Positions 47,196 to 56,982 are shown, counted from the stretch's first letter. The stretch is DNA of 64,000 nucleotides from Gemmatimonadales bacterium (GCA_049680185.1 JBAUHI010000086.1:13231-77230); one strand, 5' to 3'. The notes: a model not told the origin generated them from the letters alone. Numbers and translations are program-made.

Positions 47196-48119
47196 TCAGC
47201 CACCCTGCTCCACCGCCGCGACATTTCGAAGGAGCCCTTCCCGCCCCGCCCGCGCCAGCGGTGTCCCGCCAAAACGCTCCTCGAAGTCCCGATCCGACAT
47301 CCGGTCGAGTGTTGCAGCCGTGACACCCGCGAGCGGCCTCCGGTCGGCGAACTCGGCGATGCTGCTCTCCCGAGCAAAGCGCTCGTTCCATGGGCAAACA
47401 TCATTGCAGATGTCGCACCCGAACGCCCACCCCGAGAGTTTGGGTGCCAACTCGTCAGGGATCGGCCCATCCTGCTCGATGGTCAGGTAGGAGATGCAGC
47501 GCGTGGCATCGACCACACCCGGCTCCACAAAGGCGCCGGTGGGGCAGGCGTCGAGACATCGGGTGCAGCTGCCGCAATGCTCCGCCTCGAAGGGTGCGTC
47601 GACCGCGAGCAGGAGGTCGGTGAACACGGTCCCGATGAAACAGAACGACCCGACACCGGGCCTGATGAGCATGGCGTTCTTGCCGATCCACCCCAACCCC
47701 GCTCGCCGGGCCAGTTCACGTTCTGGCACCGGGCCATCGTCCACCCAGGGGTGCGCGACGGTCGCACCCTCGGTGCGGAGGAAGCCCGCCAGTGCCTGGA
47801 GTCGCTTGTATGTGACGGTGTGGTAGTCACTGCCGCGAGCATACTTGGCCACCCGTGGCGCACGTCGCGAGTCGTCGGTCTCGGCGTGGTAGTAGTTCTC
47901 CAGCACGATCACCGCGCGGCGGGCGCGGGGGACGATGTGCGCCGGATCGCGGCGCTTGGCCGCCTGCCGATGGAGGTAACGCATGACACCGGCGTGGCCC
48001 GCCGCGAGCCAGCGATCGAAGCGGTCGGCCTGCGCATTAGGGGCCAGGTCGGTGACGCCGCACGCGACGAATCCGAGCTCGGCGGCGCGGGCCTTGACCC
48101 GTTCGGCGAGGAGCGTCAC
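47196..48119 (-). CDS. queG: epoxyqueuosine reductase QueG
   Basis: Ferredoxin motifs CGSCTRCLDACPTGA and FGCDICNDVCPWN, plus SYLTIE. I trimmed the start to GTG 48119, which overlaps the ndh stop (GTGA). Confidence 0.9.
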   Translation of the reverse strand: MTLLAERVKARAAELGFVACGVTDLAPNAQADRFDRWLAAGHAGVMRYLHRQAAKRRDPAHIVPRARRAVIVLENYYHAETDDSRRAPRVAKYARGSDYHTVTYKRLQALAGFLRTEGATVAHPWVDDGPVPERELARRAGLGWIGKNAMLIRPGVGSFCFIGTVFTDLLLAVDAPFEAEHCGSCTRCLDACPTGAFVEPGVVDATRCISYLTIEQDGPIPDELAPKLSGWAFGCDICNDVCPWNERFARESSIAEFADRRPLAGVTAATLDRMSDRDFEERFGGTPLARAGREGLLRNVAAVEQGG

Positions 48120-49396
48120 CAGCGTGGTTCGGGGGGGCGTGCGGACGCTTCGCCGTAGATGAGGCGGGCGCCGAGTCCGTAGGTGAAATACGACCAGCCC
48201 CACTGCAGCATCACCAGGACGCGATTGCGGAAGCCGATCAGGAAGAAGATGTGGACGAAGATCCAGGCCAGCCACGCGGAAAAGCCATGGAAGCCGAAGC
48301 GCCGGATATCGGCGACGGCGCGGCCGCGACCGATGACCGCGAGCTGGCCCTTGTCGAGATAGTGGAAAGGCGGCCGCGACCTTCCAGTGAGGTCCTGGAT
48401 GATCGCGCGGGCGGCGTAGTTCCCCATCTGAATGGCGACCGGGCAGATACCAGGGAGCGTGGCGCCGCCCTGATGTTCGAAGGCTGCGGCGTCACCCAGG
48501 ACGAAGAGATCGGGGTGCCCGGGAACAGTGCATTCGGGTGTGACCAGCACCCGCCCCTGGCGGTCGAGTGGCGCATCGAGGGAACGGGTGAGCGGACTGG
48601 CGGTATTGCCGGCGGCCCAGACCACCGTGCGGGTGGGAATGGTCCATCCGGCAGCCTGCACGGCATCAGGATCGACCGAGGTGACGAGGGTATCGGTGCG
48701 GACATCGACGCCCAGGTGGCGGAGGGCCTGCTTGGCCCAGTCGCTCTGTTCCGGCGGATAGCTGGTGAGGAGGCGAGGTCCGCCCTCGAGGAGGAGCACC
48801 GAGGCATCGCGCGGGTCGATGTGGCGGAAGTCACGCCGAAGAGCGTAGCGGCGGATCTCCGCGATGGCGCCGGCCATCTCGACCCCGGTGGGGCCGCCGC
48901 CGATGACCACGAAGGTGAGCAGTTGCTGGCGACGGACCAGGTCACGTTCGCGTTCGGCGGCCTCGAAGGCGAGGAGGATCCGTCGGCGGATGGCGAGCGC
49001 GTCCTCGAGATTCTTGAGTCCCGGCGCCGAACCTTCCCACTGGTCGTTCCCGAAGTACGAATGCCGCGCGCCGGTGGCAACGATGCAGTAGTCGTACTGA
49101 ATACTACTACCATCAGCGAGTGTGATGGCCTTGGCGTTCGGGTCGATCCGATCGGCGGTGCCGAGGAGGACGTCGACGTTCTTTTGGCGGCGGAGGATCG
49201 AGCGGATCGGTGAGGCGATGTCGCTCGGGCTCAAGGCCGCGGTGGCCACCTGGTAGAGCATCGGCTGGAAGAGGTGGTGGTTCCGTCGATCGACGAGCGT
49301 GACGTGGACGGGGGAATTCCGGAGCGCCTTGGTGGCGTAGAGTCCAGCGAATCCGCCGCCGAGGATCACTACGTTCGGGGTCGTCGTGGATGCCAC
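48116..49396 (-). CDS. ndh: type II NADH dehydrogenase (NDH-2) / FAD-dependent pyridine nucleotide-disulfide oxidoreductase
   Basis: Dinucleotide folds VVILGGGFAG and VVIGGGPTGVE. C-terminal membrane-association helices. GTG start. Confidence 0.88.
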   Translation of the reverse strand: MASTTTPNVVILGGGFAGLYATKALRNSPVHVTLVDRRNHHLFQPMLYQVATAALSPSDIASPIRSILRRQKNVDVLLGTADRIDPNAKAITLADGSSIQYDYCIVATGARHSYFGNDQWEGSAPGLKNLEDALAIRRRILLAFEAAERERDLVRRQQLLTFVVIGGGPTGVEMAGAIAEIRRYALRRDFRHIDPRDASVLLLEGGPRLLTSYPPEQSDWAKQALRHLGVDVRTDTLVTSVDPDAVQAAGWTIPTRTVVWAAGNTASPLTRSLDAPLDRQGRVLVTPECTVPGHPDLFVLGDAAAFEHQGGATLPGICPVAIQMGNYAARAIIQDLTGRSRPPFHYLDKGQLAVIGRGRAVADIRRFGFHGFSAWLAWIFVHIFFLIGFRNRVLVMLQWGWSYFTYGLGARLIYGEASARPPEPRW

Positions 49397-49399
49397 CGC

Positions 49400-49684
49400 T
49401 CAGCGTCCCAGCCGGAGGAGTTCACGGCGCCAGCGGGCGAATCGGACGAGGTCCCCGATCGGCGGGACGGCCGACTCATCGCCATACGCCGTGTACATCC
49501 GCCAGCGGAGATAGGTACGATCGGGGAGGGGAAGGAACGGCGGGAGGCGCCACCAACTGCGGCGGCGGAACGCCCAGCCTGCCGAGACCAGCGCGATGGC
49601 AAGCGAGGGAGAAACGAGCGCCCGAGGCACCACCGCCAGGGAGAGCCGAAGCCAGGAACCAGCGGGAGAGGTGCCTTGGTCCAT
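49400..49684 (-). CDS. small hypothetical membrane protein upstream of ndh
   Basis: MDQGTSPAGSWLRLSLAVVPRALVSPSLAIALVSAGWAFRRRSWW... The ORF ends 3 nt before the ndh start. GC3-rich. The longer track ORF 49400..50530 is antisense to the LOG gene and not credible upstream of 49684. Confidence 0.4.
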   Translation of the reverse strand: MDQGTSPAGSWLRLSLAVVPRALVSPSLAIALVSAGWAFRRRSWWRLPPFLPLPDRTYLRWRMYTAYGDESAVPPIGDLVRFARWRRELLRLGR

Positions 49685-49756
49685 GCCGATATATAACCGG
49701 GTCCGGTATATTCCCGGCCTATCCAGGACGGAGTTTCCAGCCAGCCAGGAGCCAAA

Positions 49757-50515
49757 TTGGGGCGTGTGAGCCGACGCGGTCCGAGCACCAATGGCGCACC
49801 CACCGAGGATGAAGCGCTCCTCGCGGGCGGGGCCCCCGAGCGGCCTGACGCGCTCAAGCACTCCGACCCATGGCGCGTCCTCCGCATCATGGGGGAGTTC
49901 GTCGACGGGTTCGATGCGCTCGCCGACGTCGTCGACGCCGTGGCCATCTTCGGATCCGCCCGCACCCCGCCCGATGATCCGTTGTACACTACCGCGGTCG
50001 ACACAGCGCGCGCGCTGGCCCGCGCGGGGTGCCCGATCATCACCGGTGGCGGCCCCGGGATCATGGAGGCCGCCAATCGCGGTGCCACCGAAGGCGGAGC
50101 GCTGTCGATCGGCTGCAACATCGAGCTGCCGCACGAGCAGGGACTCAACCCGTACGTCGATCGCGGCGTCGAGTTCCGCTACTTCTTCGTGCGGAAGGTG
50201 ATGTTCCTCAAGTACTCCACCGCGTTCGTCGTGTTCCCCGGCGGCTTCGGCACCTTGGACGAGCTGACCGAGGCGCTCACGCTCATCCAGACCGGCAAGG
50301 TCAAGCATTTCCCGGTGATCCTCGTTGGCACCGCGTATTGGCGTGGTCTGGTGGACTGGCTCCGCGGGCCGGTGGTTGGCGAAGGGAAGATCGGCGTCCA
50401 GGATCTCGACCTGTTCCACCTGACCGACGACCCGACGGAAGTGGTGCGATGCATCATGGAGGCGCGCGAGGCGCGCGCGCTCCGCCACGGAACGCCAGAG
50501 GAGGCACGCCCGTGA
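49757..50515 (+). CDS. LOG-family (TIGR00730) nucleotide phosphoribohydrolase
   Basis: [14 protein letters not shown] and the [10 protein letters not shown] motif. TTG start at 49757 (uncertain). Confidence 0.85.
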   Translation: MGRVSRRGPSTNGAPTEDEALLAGGAPERPDALKHSDPWRVLRIMGEFVDGFDALADVVDAVAIFGSARTPPDDPLYTTAVDTARALARAGCPIITGGGPGIMEAANRGATEGGALSIGCNIELPHEQGLNPYVDRGVEFRYFFVRKVMFLKYSTAFVVFPGGFGTLDELTEALTLIQTGKVKHFPVILVGTAYWRGLVDWLRGPVVGEGKIGVQDLDLFHLTDDPTEVVRCIMEAREARALRHGTPEEARP

Positions 50516-51657
50516 CCCGACCATCCGCACCCTTCCTCCGCGGTCAGCGGATCGACCCCCAGGCGATCACCGGCCAGGAGACCGCCGCCGACCTGATCGA
50601 CTCGGCCTTCCTGGCCTACAACGCCGGCCGGCTCAAGGAAGGGTGCAAACTCTTCACCGAGCGGATGCTCGATCCTTCCGTGACCGTCGGGATGAGCCTG
50701 ACCGGTGCGATGACGCCAGCGGGGCTCGGGATGAGCACGCTGATCCCGCTCATCGAAGCGGGCTTCGTCGACTGGATCATCTCGACCGGCGCCAACCTGT
50801 ATCACGACGCGCACTTCGGGCTGGGGCTTCGGCTCCACCGCGGCCGCCACGATGCCGACGACGTGGAGCTCCGCGAGCACGGCGTGGTGCGGATCTACGA
50901 CATCTTCTTCGACTACGACGTCCTCCTCTCCACCGACGCCTTTGTGCGCGAGGTCTCGGCGCGGCCGGAGTTCCAGCGCTCGATGGGCACCGCCGAGTAC
51001 CACTACCTCCTCGGCGGCTACATCCGGGAGCGGGAGCGGGCGCTCAAGCTGTCGCGGCGGTCGCTGCTGGCGGCGGCGCACGAACTCGACGTGCCGATCT
51101 ACACCAGTTCCCCCGGCGACAGCTCGATCGGGATGAACGTGGCGGAGCAGGCACTGGCCGGGAGCGAGTTGCGCTTCGACGTGAGCACCGACGTCAACGA
51201 GACCGCGGCGATCGTGCTCGAGGCCAAGCGCACCGGCGGCAAGAGCGGCGCGCTGATCGTGGGCGGCGGGAGCCCCAAGAACTTCCTGCTCCAGACCGAG
51301 CCGCAGATCCAGGAAGTACTGGGCATCGACGAGCGTGGCCACGACTACTTCCTGCAGATGACCGACGCCCGTCCCGATACCGGCGGACTTTCCGGCGCCA
51401 CCCCGGCGGAAGCGGTGAGCTGGGGGAAGATCGACCCGGAGATGCTGCCGGGGACGGTGGTGGTGTACATGGACAACACCGTGGCGCTCCCGCTCCTCAC
51501 CGCATACGCCCTCAACCGCCACGAGAAGCGGCCCTTGAAGCGGCTCTACGCCCGGCGCGAGGCGATGATGACCCGGCTCCGCACCGAGTACCAGGCCGCG
51601 ATCGCATTCCGAGACCGCCGAGCGGGTGAGGCTGCGGACACGGCCAGCGGCCGTTGA
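50512..51657 (+). CDS. deoxyhypusine synthase-family protein
   Basis: DHS-like blocks [27 protein letters not shown] and GGGSPKNF. I trimmed the start to the GTG overlapping the LOG stop (GTGA). Confidence 0.82.
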   Translation: MTRPSAPFLRGQRIDPQAITGQETAADLIDSAFLAYNAGRLKEGCKLFTERMLDPSVTVGMSLTGAMTPAGLGMSTLIPLIEAGFVDWIISTGANLYHDAHFGLGLRLHRGRHDADDVELREHGVVRIYDIFFDYDVLLSTDAFVREVSARPEFQRSMGTAEYHYLLGGYIRERERALKLSRRSLLAAAHELDVPIYTSSPGDSSIGMNVAEQALAGSELRFDVSTDVNETAAIVLEAKRTGGKSGALIVGGGSPKNFLLQTEPQIQEVLGIDERGHDYFLQMTDARPDTGGLSGATPAEAVSWGKIDPEMLPGTVVVYMDNTVALPLLTAYALNRHEKRPLKRLYARREAMMTRLRTEYQAAIAFRDRRAGEAADTASGR

Positions 51658-53189
51658 ACCCGCTCCGGCGCACCGAACCGATCAAGCTCTCGATCGCGTA
51701 CCGGTGGTACGCACTCGGGCTGCTGTCGGTCCTGAACCTCCTCAATTATCTCGACCGCAACGTCATCTTCGCGCTGTTCGAACCGATCAAGCGCGATCTC
51801 CACCTGACCGATACCCAGCTCGGCTGGCTGGGCTCGGCGTATATCCTCGTCTTCTCGATCGCCGCACTTCCCTTCGGCGTGCTGAGCGATCTCCGCTCCC
51901 GCCGCGCGGTCATCGCGTGGGGCGTCTCGCTCTGGAGCGCCTTTACCGTGCTGGCCGGGTTGGCGCGCGGGTTCGGGCAGCTCTTCGTGACACGCGCGGC
52001 GGTGGGGATCGGCGAGGCGGCCTTCGGGCCGGCGTCCCAGTCACTGGTGGCCGATTACTTCCCCGGCAAACGACGCGCTTTCGCGATGGGGATCCTGTCG
52101 GCGGGGCTCTCGCTCGGCGGGGTGATGGGACTCTGGCTGGGCGGAAAGCTGGAAGCGGTGTACGGGTGGCGCGTGGCGTTCATGGCCGTCGGGTTGCCGG
52201 GATTCCTACTGGCAGTGTTCGCGGTGCGCCTGGTGGACCCGACCCGGGTGCTGACACCGGTCAAGGTGACCCACCTGCTCAAGGAACTTCGGGTCGGAGT
52301 CGACACGCTCATCGGCCAGTTCAACCCGTTCCTCGCCACCGTGGTCGTCGGTGCCCTCGCGGCACTCCTGGCCGATTTCGCGTTCGACGCGAGCTCGGAC
52401 ACCGTCACGGCGATCCTGGCCATCGCGGCAGGGCTCGGGTTGGCGCTGAACGTATGGTGGTGGGTGGTGCAGATCCGGCATGACCGGATCGAGGACATCC
52501 CGTTCGGTCGCGGCGTGTCGGAGGTGTTCGTCGAGCTGGTCCGCGCCACTCGGCTGGTCTTCCGGACGCCGACCCTGGTGTACGTATTCCTCTCGGGGGC
52601 GCTGGTGTCGTTCGGACTGAACGGCCTGGTGGGCTGGGGGGCGACGTTCGCGAGTCGCGAGCTGGGCTGGAGCGCGGCAGAAGCGGCGGCGCACCTGGGG
52701 GAATGGGGACTCATCTCCGGGACGGCGGGCACGCTCTTCGGCGGCATCTTTGCCGACTGGCTCCGGAAGTACACCGTGGCGGGACGGGTCTGGGCCGGGA
52801 CGATCGGGCTCCTGATCGGCGGCGCCCTCGCGGTGTGGCTGGTGACGATCCGCGACCCGAGGCAGTTCGTGACGGTCTTCGCGGTGTCGTTCTTCTTCCT
52901 CACCTGGTACAACGGCCCCCTCGCGGCGACGATCTTCGACGTGGTGGCGGCCCGGGTGAGCGCCACGGTCGTGGGCGCCTACCTCCTCTTTACCCACGTG
53001 GCCGGCGACGCGATCGCGTTTCCGCTGGTGGGAGTCCTCTCCGACAAGTTCGGCATCGACCGGGCAATGATCCTCCTCCCGATCGTGGCGGTCATCGGCG
53101 GCCTGGCACTCCTCCCGGCGGTGCGCACGGTGGGTGCCGACAGCATGCGGATGACGGGTGAGTTCCCGGTGGTGGCGGCGGACGGGTGA
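51654..53189 (+). CDS. MFS transporter
   Basis: 12-14 TM helices and MFS signature [12 protein letters not shown]...[10 protein letters not shown]. The TTG start overlaps the upstream stop (TTGA). Confidence 0.85.
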   Translation: MNPLRRTEPIKLSIAYRWYALGLLSVLNLLNYLDRNVIFALFEPIKRDLHLTDTQLGWLGSAYILVFSIAALPFGVLSDLRSRRAVIAWGVSLWSAFTVLAGLARGFGQLFVTRAAVGIGEAAFGPASQSLVADYFPGKRRAFAMGILSAGLSLGGVMGLWLGGKLEAVYGWRVAFMAVGLPGFLLAVFAVRLVDPTRVLTPVKVTHLLKELRVGVDTLIGQFNPFLATVVVGALAALLADFAFDASSDTVTAILAIAAGLGLALNVWWWVVQIRHDRIEDIPFGRGVSEVFVELVRATRLVFRTPTLVYVFLSGALVSFGLNGLVGWGATFASRELGWSAAEAAAHLGEWGLISGTAGTLFGGIFADWLRKYTVAGRVWAGTIGLLIGGALAVWLVTIRDPRQFVTVFAVSFFFLTWYNGPLAATIFDVVAARVSATVVGAYLLFTHVAGDAIAFPLVGVLSDKFGIDRAMILLPIVAVIGGLALLPAVRTVGADSMRMTGEFPVVAADG

Positions 53190-53194
53190 AGCGC

Positions 53195-53270
53195 AAGGGG
53201 AGAAGAAGCAGGAGAAAAGAGACAACGCAGTACGAGAAGCTGAGACGATGAGGGGAGGAGGGGAACGGAG
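53195..53270. repeat. purine-rich copy of the dispersed GAGACAACGCAGTACGAGAG element
   Basis: GAGACAACGCAGTACGAGAA lies at 53219-53238 and GAGGGGAGGAGGGGAA at 53250-53265, directly after the MFS stop. Confidence 0.75.
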
Positions 53271-53285
53271 CGTCTGCGTCTTGAT

Positions 53286-53388
53286 CTGTCATCCCGAGCG
53301 TAGCGAGGGACCTACCTTGGCGAGCACGGCGCCATTGGCCCTACTCGATATCGGCAGGCAAGGTCCCTCGCTACGCTCGGGATGACAG
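53286..53388. repeat. perfect 28-bp inverted repeat (GTCATCCCGAGCGTAGCGAGGGACCT hairpin element)
   Basis: Left arm CTGTCATCCCGAGCGTAGCGAGGGACCT (53286-53313) is the exact reverse complement of the right arm (53361-53388). The loop is 47 nt. Confidence 0.85.
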
Positions 53389-53441
53389 GTCGTGGGTTCG
53401 TCCCTGTCCAGCCGCGCAACCCGCCACCCGTCACCCGCCAC

Positions 53442-53786
53442 TCACTTCGCATTCCGGTAGAACAACTCCACCAACTCATCGTACATCGCTTCGCGCTGGG
53501 CCGGGTCGTCGGAGGTGATGGCCTGGGTGGCGCAGTGGCGCAGGTGGTTGCCGAGGAGGGTCTTGCCGACCCCGCGGAGCGCCTCCTGCACTGAGGCGAC
53601 CTGGGTCAGGACGTCAGCGCAGTAGCGCTCGCCCTCGACCATCTTCTGCAGGCCCCGGACCTGGCCTTCGATGCGACGGAGCCGGTTGCCGAGTGCGAGC
53701 TTGATCTCGGGATCGACGGCCACGGCCTTGCGATCGGTGTCGTCGGCGCCGCGTCCGCAGGCGCAGGGGAGTGTCGCGTCGCTCAA
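53442..53786 (-). CDS. csoR: CsoR/RcnR-family metal-sensing repressor
   Basis: RLRRIEGQVRGLQKMVEGERYCADVLTQ...HLRHC carries the Cys-His-Cys ligand pattern. I trimmed the start to TTG 53786, preceded by AAGGAG. Confidence 0.85.
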   Translation of the reverse strand: MSDATLPCACGRGADDTDRKAVAVDPEIKLALGNRLRRIEGQVRGLQKMVEGERYCADVLTQVASVQEALRGVGKTLLGNHLRHCATQAITSDDPAQREAMYDELVELFYRNAK

Positions 53787-53805
53787 TTTCGGGCTCCTTG
53801 GCCAA

Positions 53806-53886
53806 GGTGAACGGTCAGCGGTGAACGGGGGTGTCGGACGCATCGCCCTTCCAGGGTCCGTTCACTGTTCACTCTTCACCGTTCAC
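53806..53886. repeat. inverted GTGAACG/CGTTCAC heptamer blocks between copA and csoR
   Basis: GGTGAACGGTCAGCGGTGAACGGGGG faces CCGTTCACTGTTCACTCTTCACCGTTCAC. The right block overlaps the copA stop codon. Confidence 0.75.
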
Positions 53887-56195
53887 ACGTTTCGAAGTCG
53901 AAGACTATTGGTCACGACCGTGATCGAACTCACCGCCATCGCGGCGGCGGCGATCGCGGGGCTCAAGCGGAACCCGAAGGAAGGGAAGAGCGCACCGGCG
54001 GCCACGGGGATGCATACCACGTTGTAGGCAAAGGCCCAGAAGAGGTTCTGCCGGATGACGCGGAGCGTGGCCTTGGAGAGCGCGATGGCTAGCGCCACAC
54101 CCGCCAGATCCCCGCGCATCAGGGTGATGTCCGCGGAGGCCATCGCAACGTCGGTGCCGGTCCCCATCGCGATGCCGACATCGGCCTGGGCAAGTGCAGG
54201 CGCATCGTTGAGCCCGTCCCCCACCATCGCCACGACCTTCCCCTCCCGCTGCAACCGCTCGATCTCCGCCCGCTTGCCTGCAGGCGACACCCCCGCCACC
54301 ACCCGAGCGATCCCGACCGCCGCCGCCACCCGTGCTGCCGCCTTGGGATGATCTCCAGTGAGGAGCACCACATCGGCACCGCCGCGCCGCAACTCTGCGA
54401 CCGCCGCCGCGCTGCTCGATCGGATCGGATCCGAGATGCCGATGACACCGAGCACCGCGCCATCGACTGCGACATACACCGGCGTGGCACCCGTTCCGGC
54501 GATCCGTTCCGCAGAGGCCTCCGCCACCCCCAGCTCGACGTGGGATGCCCGGATCCACTCAGCGTTCCCCACTGATACCGCTCGAACGCCGACGGCGCCG
54601 CTGGCACCCTGGCCAGGCACCGCCTTGAAATCGGTCGCGTCGGCGAGCGTCAGGCCGCGCGACTCCGCCGCCCCCACGATGGCACGAGCGAGGGGATGCT
54701 CGCTCGACCGTTCGACGGCAGCGGCGAGTTGAAGGAGTTCGGCCTCGCTCCCGGTCATGACGTGGACGTCGGTGACGGCGGGATGTCCTTCGGTCACGGT
54801 GCCGGTCTTGTCGACGAGTACCACCTCGATGGCACTGGCGCGCTGCAGCGCTTCCCCGCCCTTGACCAGCACGCCGCGCTGGGCGCCACGTCCGGTCGAG
54901 ACCATCACCGCGGTCGGAACTGCCAGGCCCATCGCGCAGGGACAGGCGATGATCAACACCGTGACCGCAGAGACGAGCGCCTGGAGCGAGCGGGGTTCGG
55001 GCCCGACGGTGTACCAGATTGCGAAGGTGATGATCGCGATACCGAGCACGACCGGCACGAAGATGGCGGAGACGCGGTCGGCGAGTTGCTGGATGGGGGC
55101 CTTCTGGCCCTGCGCTTCCCGCACCAGGCGCACGATATGGGCGAGCACGGTATCGCGCCCGACCTTGGTGGCCCGCATCCGGAAGGCGCCGACACCGTTG
55201 ACGGTGCCGCCGGTCACCTCATGGCCGGTGCTCTTGGCCACTGGCATCGGTTCGCCGGTGAGCATCGACTCATCGACATCCGAGGTGCCGTCGAGGACGA
55301 CGCCATCGGTGGGGACGTGCTCGCCGGGACGGACCCGGAGGGTGTCTCCCACGACGATCCGTTCGAGCGGTACGTCCTGCTCCACCCCGTCGATGATGCG
55401 ATGGGCGGTCTGCGGCCGCAGCTTGACCAGCGCGCGGATCGCGTCGGCGGTGCGGCCGCGGGCGCGGGCGTCGAGGAGATTGCCGAGGAGGATGAGGGCA
55501 ATGATCCAGACGACGGCCTCGTAGTAGACATCCGGTGCCAGGCCGTGGCCCCGGAGCCAGCCAGCGCCCACCGTGGCGGCGAGGCTCCACAGGAACGCGG
55601 ACCCGGTGCCCACGGCGATGAGCGTGTTCATGTCGGCGCCATGGTGCCGGAAGGCGGCCCAGGCGCGGACGTAGAAGTGGCGACCGGCCCAGAGGACGAC
55701 GGGCAGCGTGAGCCCGAGCAGCACCAGGCGCAGTGCCCCGGCGGAGAGGAGCGAGAGTCCGGGAGTGACGCGCCGCAGCCAGTCGCCCAAGGGCATCATC
55801 CAGCGCATGAGCGGGTCGACGGGACCGCTGGTCATCTCGAGCCGGGCGAGCGGCATCGAGAGCAGCATCGTGAGCACGGCGGCCGCGATGCTGACCACGA
55901 GCTTGTGCCGCAGTTCCCGCCGCTCGGCGAGGTTCGCCTCATCCTGCAGCGTGACCTGATCGAGCGCGCCGGCGTCGGGGTTCGGGAGCTCGGCACCGTA
56001 CCCGGTGGCGCGGACCGTCTCCACCAGCGCATCGGGACTGGTCGCACCGGGATCGAAGGTGATCGTGGCCGCGTTGGTCATCAAGTTGACGTTCGCGGCC
56101 GCGACGCCAGGGGCTTGCTCCAGCGCGCGCTGGACCCGCGCGCTGCACGCGGCGCAGGTCATTCCGGAGACCGGGAGTTCGATGGTGGTGGGCAT
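53883..56195 (-). CDS. copA: copper-translocating P1B-type ATPase
   Basis: HMA domain [15 protein letters not shown], the CPC motif [18 protein letters not shown] and [10 protein letters not shown]. The start is either ATG 56195 ([14 protein letters not shown]) or ATG 56243. The longer form would translate part of a repeat element. Confidence 0.93.
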   Translation of the reverse strand: MPTTIELPVSGMTCAACSARVQRALEQAPGVAAANVNLMTNAATITFDPGATSPDALVETVRATGYGAELPNPDAGALDQVTLQDEANLAERRELRHKLVVSIAAAVLTMLLSMPLARLEMTSGPVDPLMRWMMPLGDWLRRVTPGLSLLSAGALRLVLLGLTLPVVLWAGRHFYVRAWAAFRHHGADMNTLIAVGTGSAFLWSLAATVGAGWLRGHGLAPDVYYEAVVWIIALILLGNLLDARARGRTADAIRALVKLRPQTAHRIIDGVEQDVPLERIVVGDTLRVRPGEHVPTDGVVLDGTSDVDESMLTGEPMPVAKSTGHEVTGGTVNGVGAFRMRATKVGRDTVLAHIVRLVREAQGQKAPIQQLADRVSAIFVPVVLGIAIITFAIWYTVGPEPRSLQALVSAVTVLIIACPCAMGLAVPTAVMVSTGRGAQRGVLVKGGEALQRASAIEVVLVDKTGTVTEGHPAVTDVHVMTGSEAELLQLAAAVERSSEHPLARAIVGAAESRGLTLADATDFKAVPGQGASGAVGVRAVSVGNAEWIRASHVELGVAEASAERIAGTGATPVYVAVDGAVLGVIGISDPIRSSSAAAVAELRRGGADVVLLTGDHPKAAARVAAAVGIARVVAGVSPAGKRAEIERLQREGKVVAMVGDGLNDAPALAQADVGIAMGTGTDVAMASADITLMRGDLAGVALAIALSKATLRVIRQNLFWAFAYNVVCIPVAAGALFPSFGFRLSPAIAAAAMAVSSITVVTNSLRLRNV

Positions 56196-56200
56196 GTCAG

Positions 56201-56377
56201 TCGGTGAACGGTGAAGGGTCAACGGGGCTTCGAAGTCCGTCATCCTGAGGCCTGAAGGGCCGAAGGATCGATCCGCCGACGAGCCGATCCTTCGCTCTGC
56301 TCAGGATGACGTTGCTCGTTTGAGATGACGGCCTGCTTCGGCCGTTCACCCTTGACCGTTCAGCGCTCACCGTTCAC
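56201..56377. repeat. composite nested palindromic element inside the cop operon
   Basis: Outer arms are heptamers: GGTGAACGGTGAAGGGTCAACGG (56201-56227 region) and CCGTTCACCCTTGACCGTTCAGCGCTCACCGTTCAC (56341-56377). The inner hairpin pairs GTCATCCTGAG (56239-56249) with CTCAGGATGAC (56300-56310). The core pairs CGAAGGATCG with CGATCCTTCG. Confidence 0.8.
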
Positions 56378-56759
56378 TTCCCTCTACAATGAGTGTCCCG
56401 TGCACCATCCCCATTCCGCAGTGAAAGTCGTAACGGCCGGGGGTGCTCGGCGTGAACTCGACCGGCGTCGGCGTGCCGGTGGGGAGGAAGGTGCGGATCC
56501 CGAAATCTCCGAGCACCACTTCCTCGGTGCAGCTGTTGTTGTCGGTGCGGGTAAAGGTGAGCCGCACCGGTGTTCCGGCCCGGACCCGGATGACCGACGG
56601 GTCGTACGCGCCGGCCACGGCGACGGCCAATTCCTGGAATGCGCCCGAGCGCCGTGCGACCTGACCGGCCGAGCGGCCGGGCACGACGAAGAAGTACCAG
56701 TAGATCCAGGCGAGTGCGCCGGCCGCAAGGACGAGCACCGCCAGCCGATCGATGGTCAC
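56367..56759 (-). CDS. cupredoxin-domain protein, membrane-anchored
   Basis: N-terminal TM helix LAVLVLAAGALAWIYWYFFVV. The C-terminal motif YDFHCGMGMVHGTLIV resembles type-1 copper ligands (Cys, His, Met). The GTG overlaps the copZ stop. Confidence 0.7.
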   Translation of the reverse strand: MTIDRLAVLVLAAGALAWIYWYFFVVPGRSAGQVARRSGAFQELAVAVAGAYDPSVIRVRAGTPVRLTFTRTDNNSCTEEVVLGDFGIRTFLPTGTPTPVEFTPSTPGRYDFHCGMGMVHGTLIVEGSER

Positions 56760-56965
56760 GCGATCACCGAGGCCTGGTAGCCCGCGGCCGACACGGCGGC
56801 GGAGACGCTCTCCGGCGAGAGCTTCGATTCATCGTACTCGAGTTCGGCGCGTCCCATCTTGACCGAGCCGAGCTTGACGCCATCCATCTTGGACAGGGTC
56901 TGATTGACGGTGTTGAGGCAGTGTCCGCAGGACATACCGGTGATGGAGAGGGTGAGGGGCTTCAT
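56756..56965 (-). CDS. copZ: copper chaperone (HMA domain)
   Basis: MKPLTLSITGMSCGHCLNTV contains the MxCxxC motif. ATG 56965 is preceded by GAGGAG. Confidence 0.85.
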   Translation of the reverse strand: MKPLTLSITGMSCGHCLNTVNQTLSKMDGVKLGSVKMGRAELEYDESKLSPESVSAAVSAAGYQASVIA

Positions 56966-56982
56966 GGTTGGACTCCTCAAAA

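Noticed and set aside
46617-47239. Calling the low-GC insert a mobile element
   Set aside because: There is no integrase, transposase or terminal inverted repeats, and the flanking duplication is diverged. It is reported as a finding (an islet with a duplicated queG tail), not as a mobile_element feature.
49400-50530. 376-aa minus-strand ORF and 49369..50148 minus ORF
   Set aside because: Both are antisense to the well-supported LOG-family gene. Only the last 95 codons (49400-49684), which lie outside the LOG gene, are retained as a tentative small membrane protein.
56196-56243. Longer copA N-terminus starting at ATG 56243
   Set aside because: The extra 16 codons are encoded by the repeat element, and the HMA domain begins right after the second Met. 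I kept it as an alternative because neither start has a clear RBS.
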